Below the pieces are notes generated by a model. It saw only the letters and a program-made list of their open reading frames with translations. It ran no database searches and had not been told where the DNA came from. The position numbers were made by a program, and so were the translations under genes. From NCBI GenBank assembly GCA_963695995.1, contig CAVOIV010000006.1, forward strand, positions 23,718 through 87,717: a DNA stretch of 64,000 nt. Reading direction: 5' to 3'. Positions 1-11,238 of this stretch are shown here, piece after piece; the first letter of the stretch is position 1; the number at the start of each line of letters is the position of its first letter. The stretch comes from an uncultured Methylomirabilota bacterium (lineage in GTDB: Bacteria > Methylomirabilota > Methylomirabilia > Methylomirabilales > 2-02-FULL-66-22).

Positions 1-864
1 TAGGCGCCCACCGAGGCGAAGATCGCCATGATCGTCACCGACGTGGCCGCCGCCCGGGCAAAGATGCGCGGCAGCGCCGCGAAGTGGATCGTCCGGTAGG
101 CCAGCATCCCGACCAGCAGGACGTAGAGGACGGCCAGAAAGGCGACCTCCACGATGGTCACCACACCGAAGATGACGCCCGCCAGGATGATGACCGGGGC
201 CAGGAGCGCCAGGAAGGCCTGCCCGAGGAGCCGCAGGAACTCGCCGAGCCCCCGCTCGACCTCCGTCGCGGGGAGTGGGTGCCGCAGGGAATGCAGGTAG
301 ATCGTCACGGCCAGGAAGATCGCCCATGAGCAGACCCGGGACGACCCCGCCCAGGAACAGCCGGCCGATGGACAGGTCGCTGATGACCGCGATGAACACC
401 ATGGGGATGCTGGGCGGGATGATGGGGCCGATGATCGCCGCCGAGGCGTTGATGGCAGCGGCGAACCGCCGATCGTAGCCGTCTCGGGCCATGGCCGGCA
501 GCAGTACCGAGGAGACGGCGCTGGCGTCCGCCACCGCGGAACCGGAGACGCCCGCCATGATCACGTTCACGATCACCGTGACATAGGCGAGCCCGCCCCG
601 GATCCGGCCGACGAAGTACTGCGCGAACCGCACCAGCCGCTCCGTGATCCCCGACTCGTTCATCAGCTCGCCGGCCAGCATGAAGAAGGGGATCGCGACC
701 AGCGTCACGATGTCCACGCCCGCCACCATGCTCTGCGCCATGACATTCAGGGGAACATCGCCGCGGATCAGGAGGTAGAGGATCGCGCTCAGCCCCATGG
801 CGGCCCAGATCTCGAAGCCGAGGGCGCACAGCGTGAAGAGCAGCACGAACAGCAGGCTGATCAT
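1..864 (-). CDS. dctM: TRAP transporter large permease (runs off window edge)
   Basis: Manual reading of the minus strand gives MISLLFVLLF...AIPFFMLAGELMNESGIT...GSAVADA...GPIIPPSIPMV, which are DctM motifs; lies directly after dctP. Confidence 0.9.
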   Translation of the reverse strand, partial: MISLLFVLLFTLCALGFEIWAAMGLSAILYLLIRGDVPLNVMAQSMVAGVDIVTLVAIPFFMLAGELMNESGITERLVRFAQYFVGRIRGGLAYVTVIVNVIMAGVSGSAVADASAVSSVLLPAMARDGYDRRFAAAINASAAIIGPIIPPSIPMVFIAVISDLSIGRLFLGGVVPGLLMGDLPGRDDLPAFPAAPTPRDGGRAGARRVPAAPRAGLPGAPGPGHHPGGRHLRCGDHRGGRLSGRPLRPAGRDAGLPDDPLRGAAAHLCPGGGHVGDDHGDLRLGGRL

Positions 865-892
865 CCGATGGTCCTAGACGCGTCAATGTGCA

Positions 893-965
893 AATGCAAA
901 ACCGACAACCGGCCGAACGGAAACGCATTGACCGGTTTTTCATCGTCGGTTGTCGGTTTTGCATT
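893..965. repeat. 19-bp perfect inverted repeat between dctP and dctM
   Basis: aatgcaaaaccgacaaccg (893-911) pairs with cggttgtcggttttgcatt (947-965). Confidence 0.8.
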
Positions 966-981
966 GCCCCCGACGGTGGGC

Positions 982-1987
982 CTACTTGAACTCTCGCACT
1001 TGCTGCAGGAGCCCCTTCGGCCAGAGCTTCCCCTCGAACTGCTCCTCGTACACCCCCTCCAGGGCCTTGCGGATGGAGCCGAGATCCGGCTCCACGATCG
1101 TCATCTTGGTCGCCAGGAACTTGGTGGCCTCGTCCAGCTCTTGCCGGGTCAGCTCCGTCTCCAGGTTTCCCGGCCTCCTCGCCGGCGTCGCGGATGGCCT
1201 TCTGCTGGGCGGGCGTCAGAGACTCTTCCACTTCTCCGCGCCGATGTAGAAGGTCTCCACGTCGCGGATGTAGTGGGTGGGCATGAAGTACTTCTGGACC
1301 TCGTAGAAGGACATGTTCTTGATGGGGATGACGCCGTTCTCCTGGGCGTCCACCACGCCCTGCTTCAGCGCCATGTACAGATCCGCGAAGGGAATGACCT
1401 GCGGGTTGGCGCCCAGCTTCTGCATGGCGGCCCGAACCATGGCGCTCTCGGCGATCCGGATCTTCAATCCCTTGAAGTCCGCGGCGGTCCGGACCGGCTT
1501 GTCCCGCGTCGTCAGCTCGCGCGGCGCCGTGTCCCCGTTGATGGCGATGACCCTGACGCCGGTGGCCTTCTCCGCCGCCTCGAGATGCGGCTGGAAGATC
1601 GGCGAGTTCAGGACTTTCCGCATGTGGTCGTAGTCCCGATACAGAAACGGCACCGCCGTGATCTGGAAGACCTCGCCCCCCTTGATGAACCCGTAGGTAT
1701 TGATCCCCCCGTAGACCATCTCCAGGCTGCCCGCCTTCATCCCGGTGAACATGTCCAGGATGCCGCCGAGCTGGCTGTTGGGAAAGACCTTGATCTCCAC
1801 GTCGCCGTTCGTCTTCTGCGGCCACCAGCTCGGCGAACTTCACCGCCGCCTTGTGCGTCGGCGACGTGTCCGCCCGGATGTGGCCCAGCTTCATGCTGAC
1901 CTTGGCCGCCTCGACCGTCGGCGGCAGCGCCCAGACGCCAGGACGCAACGCAACCGCGAGCCCGAGTCCGATCTGACGTGTTCGCAT
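982..1987 (-). CDS. dctP: TRAP substrate-binding protein (frameshifted)
   Basis: Signal peptide, then KLGH, VFPNSQLG, DFKGLKIR and LYMALKQGVVDAQEN, split over ORFs 305..1987 and 1216..1800. Confidence 0.9.
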
Positions 1988-2030
1988 GGCATCCTCCTTG
2001 CACTGCGATGCCAGAGGTCGCCGCCTGTGC

Positions 2031-2784
2031 TCACAGGAACTTCACGCGTCGGAGATGCTTGTCGAAGTGCTTCCGATTCGCCTCGTCCCCGCCGGGCAGG
2101 TTGGCGCTCATCCAGACCGGGGGATCGATGCCCCGCCGGACCAACTCTTCCACGGTCGTGGCCACCAGGCAGTTCAAGACGAAGGCGGTGCCGAGCGACG
2201 AGGACGGCGCCACCTTCTGCGGGCAGCCGGGAACGTCGACCACCGCGTCGCCGTAGGGAAGGCAGGTATTCAGGAAGATGTCCACGATCTCGTGCAGGTT
2301 CTTGCCGCTCGGGTGGCGGGAGGGATGATCCGCGGGCGTCCGTGCGGCGAACTCCGTCGAGGTGACGCCGATGACCGTCGCCCCCAGGCGCTTGCCCTCC
2401 GTGGCCGCGTCGATGGTCGCCGCATTGAGCCCGTACGCATTGCAGACGATCAGGACATCCCCGTCTCCCGACGCCGTGGTACTTGAGGATCGGGATCACA
2501 TACCCGGGCGTCCGCTCGATCAGGTTCGAACGCCAGGCCCCCTGGGACAGGGACAGCCCCGGGTCCAGGATCGGGTAGATCGGCACCAGGCCGCCGGCCC
2601 GCCAGAACATCTCCTCGCTGGCGATGTACGAGTGGCCGCCGGTCCCGATCACGTACAGGTAGCGGTCCTCGGCGATGGCGTCGGCACACCGCCGCGCCGC
2701 CGTCCGGATGGCCTCCTTCTGGGTGTCCACGATCTTCTGGAGCATGGCCGTGATGGCCGCGTGGTACTGCGCGATGAGATCCAT
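2031..2784 (-). CDS. SIS-domain sugar isomerase-like protein (UPF0309-like, frameshifted)
   Basis: GTGGHSYIASEEMFWRAGGL near the N-terminus and PYGDAVV...PPVWMSANLPGGDEAN at the C-terminus. Confidence 0.8.
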
Positions 2785-2870
2785 GACGACGCCTCTCCTC
2801 GACAGCGGTATCCGACAGGGACAGCGGAAACCCCGCGCCCATGAGCCGGTGCTCGGCTCGCGACGGACGC

Positions 2871-4042
2871 TCAGCTTCGCTGGATACACCACCTCCCCTT
2901 CGACGATCGTCGCCACGACGGTGAGCGGCGGCCCCTCGCGCAAGCACCACCAGATTCGGCCCGCTCCACCGGCGACCATGCCCGCGCCCAGGTCGGGGAA
3001 GAGCGTCCGCGGTTGCCGGTTGGCCAGTCGCAGCGCATCCTCCAGCGAGAGACCAGCGAATCTGGCCGCGTTCTCGATGGCCCGATCCATGGTGAGCGCC
3101 GAACCGGCGAGATAGGGAGTGCCGGGGAGGCGAACGTAGCCGTCCGAACCGACCTCGGCCAGCACCTCGCCCAGCCGGTACTTCCCGGGCGGCGCGGCGG
3201 CGGCGGCCATGGCGTCCGTGATGAGGATGACGCGATCCACGCCCTTGCACCGGATCATGTTCTTCACGACGTAGGAGGGCAAGTGGTGTCCGTCGACGAT
3301 CAGGGAGGCCATCAGAGCGTCCGTCGGCGAGTTGCTTCTGGATGTAGTTCCGGTGGCGCGGCAACATGGCGTGCGCGCCGTTCCCCAGGTGGCAGGAAAT
3401 CTGAGCGCCGGCCTCCACGGCCTGATCGATGTCCGCTTCCTTGGCGTCGCTGTGGCCGATCCCGACCGCAATGCCGGCCTGGCGCAGCTGCCAGATCACG
3501 CCGATGGCCCCCGGGCGTTCCGGCGCGATCGTGACGAGCCGGATGAGACCGGCCGCGGCATCCTGGAATTGCCGGAAGAGCCCCCAGTCCGGGTCGCGGA
3601 TGGAATCGGCGGGATGGGCGCCCCGCGGACCGTCCTCGGGCGCCAGGAACGGGCCTTCGAGGTGAATGCCCGGGATGGCGCGGCGGAGGATCGGCTCCTG
3701 CTCGCGGGCCCGGGCGATGGCCCGGAGCGTCTCCAGCATGCTCTTCACGGGCGCCGTGACGACGGTGGGGAGAAATTGCGTGACCCCGGTTCGCCACATC
3801 GCCCGCGTCGCCCGCACGAGGTCCTCCACGGTCAGGTCGGGCCGGTTGAAATCCACCGCGGCAAACCCGTTCACCTGGATGTCCAGAAACCCCTCGGTCA
3901 CCAGGCAGTCGGCCCCGCCCACGGCGGATGCGCCGCCGGATCCGGCCGGCCGGATCGCGTCGATGCGCCCGCCCACAATCGCAATCTCGACAGGGGGCGC
4001 GCCTCGCTGCAGCCGGCCCTGCACCACCACAGACGCGCTCAT
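2871..4042 (-). CDS. nagA: N-acetylglucosamine-6-phosphate deacetylase (frameshifted, 3' end approximate)
   Basis: GFLDIQVNG, GIHLEGPFL, GAHP, TIAPE, GHS, HLGN, IVDGHH, LITDAM and LAGSAL motifs. Confidence 0.88.
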
Positions 4043-4362
4043 GCACGACCTCCTGCGACTGCAACCAGTCGCGAGGGACACCGAGGCACCGGTCCGGGCG
4101 ATTCCGGGCGGACCCCCACTGGTCCGCCCCCGTCCTTGGCTGGCGCCCGACGGCGAGACGCACGCCGTCCCGATCCGACGGGGCGGGTGGCCAGAGCCTA
4201 ACTCAAAGCGACAGGAGTTGCAACGGCGTCAGACATCGAGGCGGCCCAGGCCGGGAGACGACCGGCGCGTTGCGGTGGAAGGTGGAGGTGAAACAGGGGG
4301 TGCGATGAATGAGACACTCATCCCTTAGGAGTTTAGTGTAGAGGGCGAGACGGGATAGGGAG

Positions 4363-4781
4363 ATGAGTTCCTCAAATGGAGGGGCGATCACAGGGACCAG
4401 TGTCCGCGAGGTCGAGGTCATGGCGAAGCCCACCCGGCGACGGTTCTCGGCCGAGTACAAGCTCAAGATCCTGCGGGAAGCGGGGGCCTGCATCCAGCCG
4501 GGGGAGCTCGGGGCCTTGCTCCGCCGGGAGGGGCTGTACTTCTCGAACCTGCAGACCTGGCGGGCGCAGCGGGAGGCGGGGAACTCGGGGGCCTGACGCC
4601 CAAGAAGCGGGGACCGGCCCCGCAAGCGAAAAACCCGCTGGCGGGCAAGGTGGCGGCCCTGGAACGGGAGATGACGCGGCTCAAAGCCCGGGCCGAGCGG
4701 GCCGAGGCCCTGGTGGAGCTCCAAAAAAAAGTCTCCGAGATCCTGGGGATCGAGTTACAGCGGCCCGGCGAGAAGGCCTGA
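4363..4781 (+). pseudogene. IS3 OrfA (HTH transposase), frameshift near 4580
   Basis: RRRFSAEYKLKILREA...LLRREGLY, followed by a coiled coil ...LVELQKKVSEILG. Confidence 0.8.
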
Positions 4782-5785
4782 TGGCGATCGTCACCGACCA
4801 GACGGCCACCCTGGGCGTCGCCCCGGTCTGCCGGGCCTTGGCCGTCTCCCGGGCCAGTTACTACCGAGGGCACACGCCCAAAGCCCTCGGCCCCGCGCTG
4901 CCCCGGCCGGTGCCCCGGGCCTTGCCGCCGGCGGAACGCCAGCACGTCCTGGCCGTGCTCACCGACGAGCGGTTTGCCGACCTGCCGCCGGCCGAGGTGT
5001 ATGCCACGCTGTTGGACGAGGGGAAGTTCCTCTGTTCGATTCGCACGATGTATCGCGTGCTCCAGGAGCACGCGCAGGTCCAGGAACGGCGCCGGCAGCT
5101 GCGGCATCCCCGGTATGCGGCGCCGGAGCTGTTGGCCACCGCTCCCAACCAGCTCTGGTCGTGGGACATCACCAAGCTGAAGGGGCCGGTGACCTGGACC
5201 TACTTCTACCTGTACGTGATCCTGGATGTCTTCTCCCGGTACGTGGTCGGCTGGATGGTGGCGGTCCAGGAATCGGCCACCTTGGCCCAGCACTTGATCG
5301 CGGAGACCTGCGCCCGGCAAGGGATCGCGCAAGGCACCCTGACGATCCACGCCGACCGGGGCCCGTCGATGAGCTCCAAGCCGGTGGCGCTCTTGCTCGC
5401 CGATCTGGGGGTGACCAAGAGTCAGGGCCGGCCGCACGTCTCCAACGACAACCCGTACTCGGAGAGCCAGTTCAAGACGCTGAAATACAGCCCCGCGTTT
5501 CCGGACCGGTTCGGGTCCCTGCCCGACAGCCGGAGCTTCCTGCACGACTTTTTCTAGTGGTACAACACGATGCACCATCATAGCGGCCTGGGGTTGCTGA
5601 CCCCCTTCGATGTCCATTACGGGCTGGCCGGACAACGGCTCGCGGAGCGGGAGACAGGTCTTGCGGACTGCGTTCGAGATGACCCCGGAGCGGTTCGTCC
5701 GAGGCGTGCCGAAACCGCTGGCCCTCCCCCAGGCCGTGTGGATCAACAAACCGAAGGACGCGTCACGCGAGACGTTCGACACTAA
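4781..5785 (+). pseudogene. IS3 OrfB DDE transposase with in-frame TAG at 5555-5557 and a later frameshift
   Basis: PNQLWSWDITKL, ILDVFSRYVVGW, IHADRG and SNDNPYSESQFKTLKY; the frame continues WYNTMHHHSGL after the stop. Confidence 0.85.
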
Positions 5786-8700
5786 AGTCTGTCCATGTCT
5801 GGCTGCATCACGCCAGGCACAGGTTGTCCTGTTGCTACATCCCAGGTCGAAGCATTCGGTGCCGGATAAAAGCCAGTTGTGTTCGGTGAATTCACCCCGA
5901 TGCCTACATGACCGAACCCACTTGCTCCCGTATAGAGCGTAACTGTTGCATCAAGCCCGGTCGGATCAATGTAGCGAAGCGGGTTATTGAGAACATACGC
6001 AAAGAGATTGAGCCCGCCTGCCAGCCCAATCGGTATCCTCACTGACGAACCGACTCTGGACCGGATCGTAGTACCGCGCCCGGTAATAGTACAACCCCGT
6101 GTCCCGGTCCCACTCCCGCCCGGTAAAGCGGTACGGTTGGGGATCCTTCACGTGGTTCTGCGGGACCCCGAAGGCGTCGTAGCGGTAGCGGCGCTCCAGG
6201 GTGCCGGTGGCATCCGTAAGGGCAACGATGCTCGCGAGGACGTCCGCGTGGTGGAAGCGGATCCCGACGGGGCGGAGTTGGGCGAGCGGCTCGTCGATGC
6301 CGGGGCCATGGAAGTAGCGTGCTCGCTCGCGATCCCGGCGGTTGAAGGTGGCCAGAATGTCCTCCCCATCGTAGAGGTAGCCGGTGATACGTGGCGGGGG
6401 ACCCTCCGCTCCACCCTCTTCGCTTTCGCCCTCACCCCCACCGCTGTCCTGCGTCACGCTCCGCTCGATTCGGCGTCCCAGGGCGTCGTAGCGGAAGGTC
6501 ACCGATTGCGTGGGCGTCCCCACCCAGGTGAGGCGGTTCTCGGGATCGTAGTAGTAACTGGTCACCGCCCCATCCGTCAGGCGGACCTGCTGGAGGAGGT
6601 TTCCGTTGGCGTCATACGTGTACGTGGCGGTCCCGTCGCTCGTCAACCGGGAGGCGGCATCGTAACTGTAGGCTTGGGTCTCCGGCCCGGTGAGGCGATT
6701 GCCCGCCGGGTCATAGGTGTACGCCTCCTCGGTCCGCCAGCGGCCCTTTTGCGTCTCGCGCTGGACCTGCGCGAGTTGGTCAAGCGCGTCGTACGCGTAC
6801 CGACCGGTCTGGTCGTTCCGGGTGTCGCCCGCCCGGTTCCCGGCGGGATCGTAGCTATATGTGAGGCTCTCGAAGGCCCCGGCCGGCCCGGTGTGCGTGA
6901 CGGCCGTGAGACGGGAGGCGGGGTCGTAGGTCGTGCTGGTCCCCGTCCCGTTGGGCCGCCCGAGGGCGATGCGACGCCCCAGGGTATCGTAGGTGAAGGT
7001 GACGGCCCCGACGCGGGGATCACTGAGACTGGAAAGCAGATTCCGGGGGTCGTAGGCATACGTCGTGAGCACCCCGGTATCGTCCTGACGCCCCATGCGG
7101 TTTCCCGCCTCATCGTAGGTGTAGGTCAAGGTCCGGCCGTTCGCATCCGTCGTGGTCAGAACCCGTCCGAGGGCATCGTAGGTGAAGCTGACGGTCCCCT
7201 CGTAGTTCCCGGCGGTGAGGAGGCGCCCGACCGGGTCGTAGGTATAGGTGGAGCCGCTCATTGCCTTCCGGGTGAGGCGGTTGAGGGCATCGTAGGCGAA
7301 GGTCTGCGTGTCCCCGCGCCGGTCCGTGTGCGTGGTGAGGTTGCCGACGGTGTCGTACGTGAAGGTCTCGGCCACCCCAAGAGGATCGGTACGTTGGATA
7401 AGCCGGTTGTGGGCGTCATACGCAAAGGTCGTCGTACTTCCGCGGGGGTCCGTGACGGAGAGCAGGTTGTTCTCCGAGTCGTCCGCGTACCGCGTGACAC
7501 CCCCGGCGGGATCGGTGACCTGGACGAGGCGGTTGGCCGCATCGTAACCATAGACCGTCGTTTGTCCCGTGGCCTTGGTGACGCTGGTTCGGTTCCCCGC
7601 GGCGTCGTAGCTGAACGTTGTTACCGCCCCGGTGGGATCGGTGACGCGCACGAGGCGGCTGCGCCCGTCGTAAGTGTACCGCGTGATGCCACCGACGGCA
7701 TCCGTCTGCTGGCTGAGCCGATCTGCGGCGTCATAGGAGAAGGTCGTGGTTGCCCCACTGGGGTTGGTCAGCGTAGCCAGAACCCCAGACGGCGAGTACG
7801 TGAATTGCCTGTTGAACCCGCGCGGTTCCGTCACTGTGGCAGGAAGATTCCGCACGTCGGGTGTGATCGTGGTGGCGTAGCCCAGGGCATCGATCACCTG
7901 GCGGAGGACGCCGGTCGCCTCGTCGTAGGCGTACGTTGTGGTCGCTCCGCTGGCGTCGGTGGCCGTGAGGACGTGGCCAAAGGCGTCATAGGTGCGCGTG
8001 CTACTTTGCCCGAGCGCGTCGATGAGGGTCACCAGGTTCCCTGCGGCATCGTATTCGAACTGACTCGCGTGCCCCGCGGCGTCCACGTACAGCATCCGCC
8101 GGCCCTGGGCATCGTAGGCGACGGTCGCATCGGGCCGACCGCAGGGACAGGGGCCCTCGACGTTGGTGACCACGGGCCGCTCGCCGAACATGGCGAAGGT
8201 ATAGGTCGTTACCCGGCCCAGGCTGTCGGTCACGCGGGTGGTGCCGCTGTCCAGGTACTCCAGGGTGAGTGCCTTCACCCCGCCTGCCTGGGCGGTCCCG
8301 ATGACCCGCCCCGCAGCATGGTAGGCGTGCTGCTCCACGATGTTCCCGTTGCCGTCTTGAACACTGATGAGGTAGACCGGGGTTGTCGCCGTATAGCTAT
8401 ACGTCCAGCGGGTCCCGAGGCCATCCGCGACGCTCACCAACTGACCGGCGCATCATACCGGTACTCGGCGAAGAGCCCACCGGGGCCGTCCACGCGGGCG
8501 AGATGCCCATCGCCGAGGTAGCTGAAGGTGAGTGTCCGCCCGCCGGGACCGGTCACCGTCGCGAGACGCCCATCGGCATACGTAAGCGTCGTCGCCCACC
8601 CCGCGCGTGAGGCAATGGCCAGAAGGCGCCCGGCCTGATCGAAGTCCCGCCGGAGCCCGTCCTGCTCGGTCTCGGTATAGCCCTCCGCGTGCTTCACGAG

Positions 8701-9985
8701 CCGGCTGAGGTCGCGGGCGGGCGCCACCACCCGGTAGGTCGAGCCGCCGGCAATGGGCTCGTAGTAGCGGATGTTCCCCGCCCCGTTCCGCACCCGGATG
8801 ACCCCGGGTTGCACCTCCTGTACCTCATAATCATAGGTATGCGTCCACCCCAGGCCCAGCGACCCGGCGTAGGTCGACTGGCTGTTGTAGGTGCGGATCA
8901 ATGGGAAGCGCCCGAAGGCGGAGGGGTAGGCCACGTCCTCCTGCTGGGTGTACATGTTCCCGGTCGTCACGTTGATCGGCTGCCCCACATACTCCAGGGC
9001 ACACTCGTCTTGCCCCGGCGGCGGGGACGGCGGCCCCTGCGCGACATCCGTGCCGCGTTGGTCCGGCGCCGGCGGACCGAAGGTGATCTCCAGGTTGTGG
9101 CCTGAGGACCACATGATACACGAATGGGCGGTGGTGCCGCCGTCGGCATTCGGGACGGCAGGCGGCGGTCCCGGGACCAATTCGAGCTCGCCGCCGCCGC
9201 CAGCGGCCAGCCCGGCGGTCTCCGCCGTAAAATCCCACGCGACGCCAACCGCCGTTGAGCTGTACCCTTGGCTTAGGAGCCGTTACGAAATAACCTATAC
9301 ATCTCTTTCTATTTCGTTACGGCTCCTTATGCCGTTTCGGAATGTCTCCGCTCAACTTATTCTTTGACAACGGCTTAGACCGCCCCAGTCATCACACGTC
9401 AGGTAATTGGCGGGGCCAACCCCTCTGACACTGGCCGGTTTCCCATTAATGGGGCCGGCGCTCGCGCTCGTGGGGACGACGGCACGCAATTCCGCCCGCT
9501 GGACCACCTGGTTGGGTGGAGCCGGGGGAATCGAGAAGGTGACGCGGGATCGCAGGGTGAGCCTACCTCCCCCGCTGTCGGTTCGGTCCGTGTAGCCGAG
9601 CATCCAGACCATAGAGTAGCTGCCGGTGCAGCCCACCGTGGTCTCCTGCGACCAGACATTGAAGTCACCCGTGCACCAGATATGGGCGGGTGACGTGCCC
9701 GTTAGCGCCATCGCGCCCTGAATTTGAGCTTGTGTTGGCGACACGGTGGTGTTCCAGAGTTCCAAGCCAGTCATCAACGGGGGGATCTCTGCTGGCTGCG
9801 TCGACGCAATCTCTCGCGTCACCCAGTGGAAGTAGGGACTATCATACTTCTGATTCAGGACCTCCTTCCGCTCCGTGCCGTACGCGTTCGGTTCGGTCGC
9901 GGACTCGGTAAGCCCACCGCAAAGCATACTGAGGGTAACAAGGAGCGCGGGATACGCGGAGGCTTTCGAAAACGGGGAGCGCGAT
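5782..9985 (-). pseudogene. Rhs/YD-repeat polymorphic toxin precursor: signal-like N-terminus, DUF6531, YD repeats, Rhs core, truncated C-terminal tip (start approximate)
   Basis: VGQPINVTTGN...RTYNS...GLGWTH (DUF6531); many YD repeats; YRFTGREWD.TGLYYYRARYYDP; NLFAYVLNNPLRYIDPTGL. Split by frameshifts near 8440 and 6040 and by an insert at 9277-9378. Confidence 0.88.
9270..9378. mobile_element. MITE-like AT-rich mini-insertion flanked by GGCTTAG direct repeats
   Basis: GGCTTAG at 9270-9276 and 9372-9378 (102-bp offset); internal IR ggagccgttacgaaata / tatttcgttacggctcc; three in-frame stops. Confidence 0.75.
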
Positions 9986-10170
9986 CACGTCCGTTTTGGA
10001 GTTGCTTGGAGGAGTGGACAACGGGCGGCGCGCCGGGAAAGGCGACGGTGGCGGTATGACACTAACGCATGATTGGCGCCAACGCTGTCTGTGGCGTGGC
10101 GTGATCGAAAAGCAAGCAGATAGGTCTCAGAATTGCGCGATGATCCGATCCGCCACTCGTGGGGGTCCGG

Positions 10171-11238
10171 TTACGGCAGCCGCCGGCTGGGGGACGACGC
10201 TGCCGGGGCGGCCTGAGATGCGCCAAGCATCTCGCCTTCTTTCGCGAACACCTGGATGGATGATCGCGGAACGCAGACCGGCGACGTACTCCTTGCGCTT
10301 GACCTCGAACTTCTCCTGGAACAGCTGCTCCCGGATCGCTTCCCGGACCTCGGCCAAGGGGGCGACCGGCTCCGCTCTGACCTTTTCGACCTTGATCAGA
10401 TGAAAGCCCGCCGCGGTCCGGATCGGCTCACTGACGCCCCCGGGCGGCAGGCCGAAAGCGACCGCCTCGATCTCGGGGGCCAGCTCCCCGCGTCGGACCG
10501 TCAGCGAGATCGGCCCCCGATCCGGCGGGGTCATCCCCATATTGCTTCGCCGTCTCGACGAAGTCCGCGCCGGCCCGGATCTTCGCCAGCGCCTCCTCGA
10601 CACGCGCCCGAACCTGCGCCTCGTCCTGGTCGGGTCGCACGTCGAACAGGACGTGGTGGATCTCGGCTTCCGGGATCCGCTGGAACTTGCTGAGGTTCGC
10701 CTCGTAGTACTTGGCGATCTCGTCTTCGCTGAGAATGATGGAGGACCGGATCTGCCGGGCCAGCAGGCGGCCGATGGCCAGCCGCTCGCTGATGCTCCGA
10801 CGAATCTGCTCCAGCGTCAGCCCTTCGGCTTTGAGCAGGGCGCGGAACTGGGCCTCGTCGGTGGCGTTGTTGTTCCGCTTGAGCTCGTCGATGGCGCCCT
10901 GTACCTCGGCCGTGGACGGCAGCGATGCCCTCCTGTTTCGCCACCTGGTACAGCAGGCGCCGGTCGATGAGGTCGTTCAAGCAGGCGCTGCTCCGCCTCG
11001 CTCGACGCGCCGGTCCCGCTCCGTCCCGACGAAATCCTGGAAGATCTTCCGGATCACCGGCTGGCCTTCCTCCTGGATCTCGCTCAGCGTGAGCGCCTCG
11101 TCGTTCACCGAGGCCACCACGCGGTCCAGGACCATCCCCTTCGGCTCGTCCGCCTTCGGGGCGGTCTGCGCCAAGCGCCGGCGCGGCAACGAAGAGCAAC
11201 AGCAAGGCCGGCCAGAGGCCGGGCCTGCGTAGCCTCAT
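10171..11238 (-). CDS. SurA-like parvulin PPIase/chaperone (frameshifted)
   Basis: Signal peptide; LDRVVASVNDEALTLSE (SurA N-domain); GADFVETAKQY and VSEPIRTAAGFHLIKV. Confidence 0.8.

Larger units (their letters stand above)
4300..5786 (+). mobile_element. IS3-family insertion sequence, degraded, right end apparently truncated
   Basis: orfA/orfB layout with an A8G slippery site at 4723-4731; inner IR tttagtgt (4332-4339) pairs with acactaaa (5779-5786). Confidence 0.85.

Noticed and set aside
1891-3471. Apparent NagA-SIS fusion ORF
   Set aside because: The SIS gene has its own RBS and ATG at 2784; the join is best explained by indels.
5984-8440. Periodic sequence as a CRISPR or DNA repeat array
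   Set aside because: The periodicity is protein-level YD repeats; there are no identical repeats with unique spacers.
5987-8521. Long antisense ORFs (also 16339..18045, 57958..59490, 59045..60727, 62981..63982)
   Set aside because: Shadow frames of real genes in high-GC DNA, with no recognisable motifs.
9352-9354. In-frame TGA in the Rhs gene as selenocysteine (selA is nearby)
   Set aside because: It lies inside the 102-bp insert and is followed in frame by TAG and TAA.
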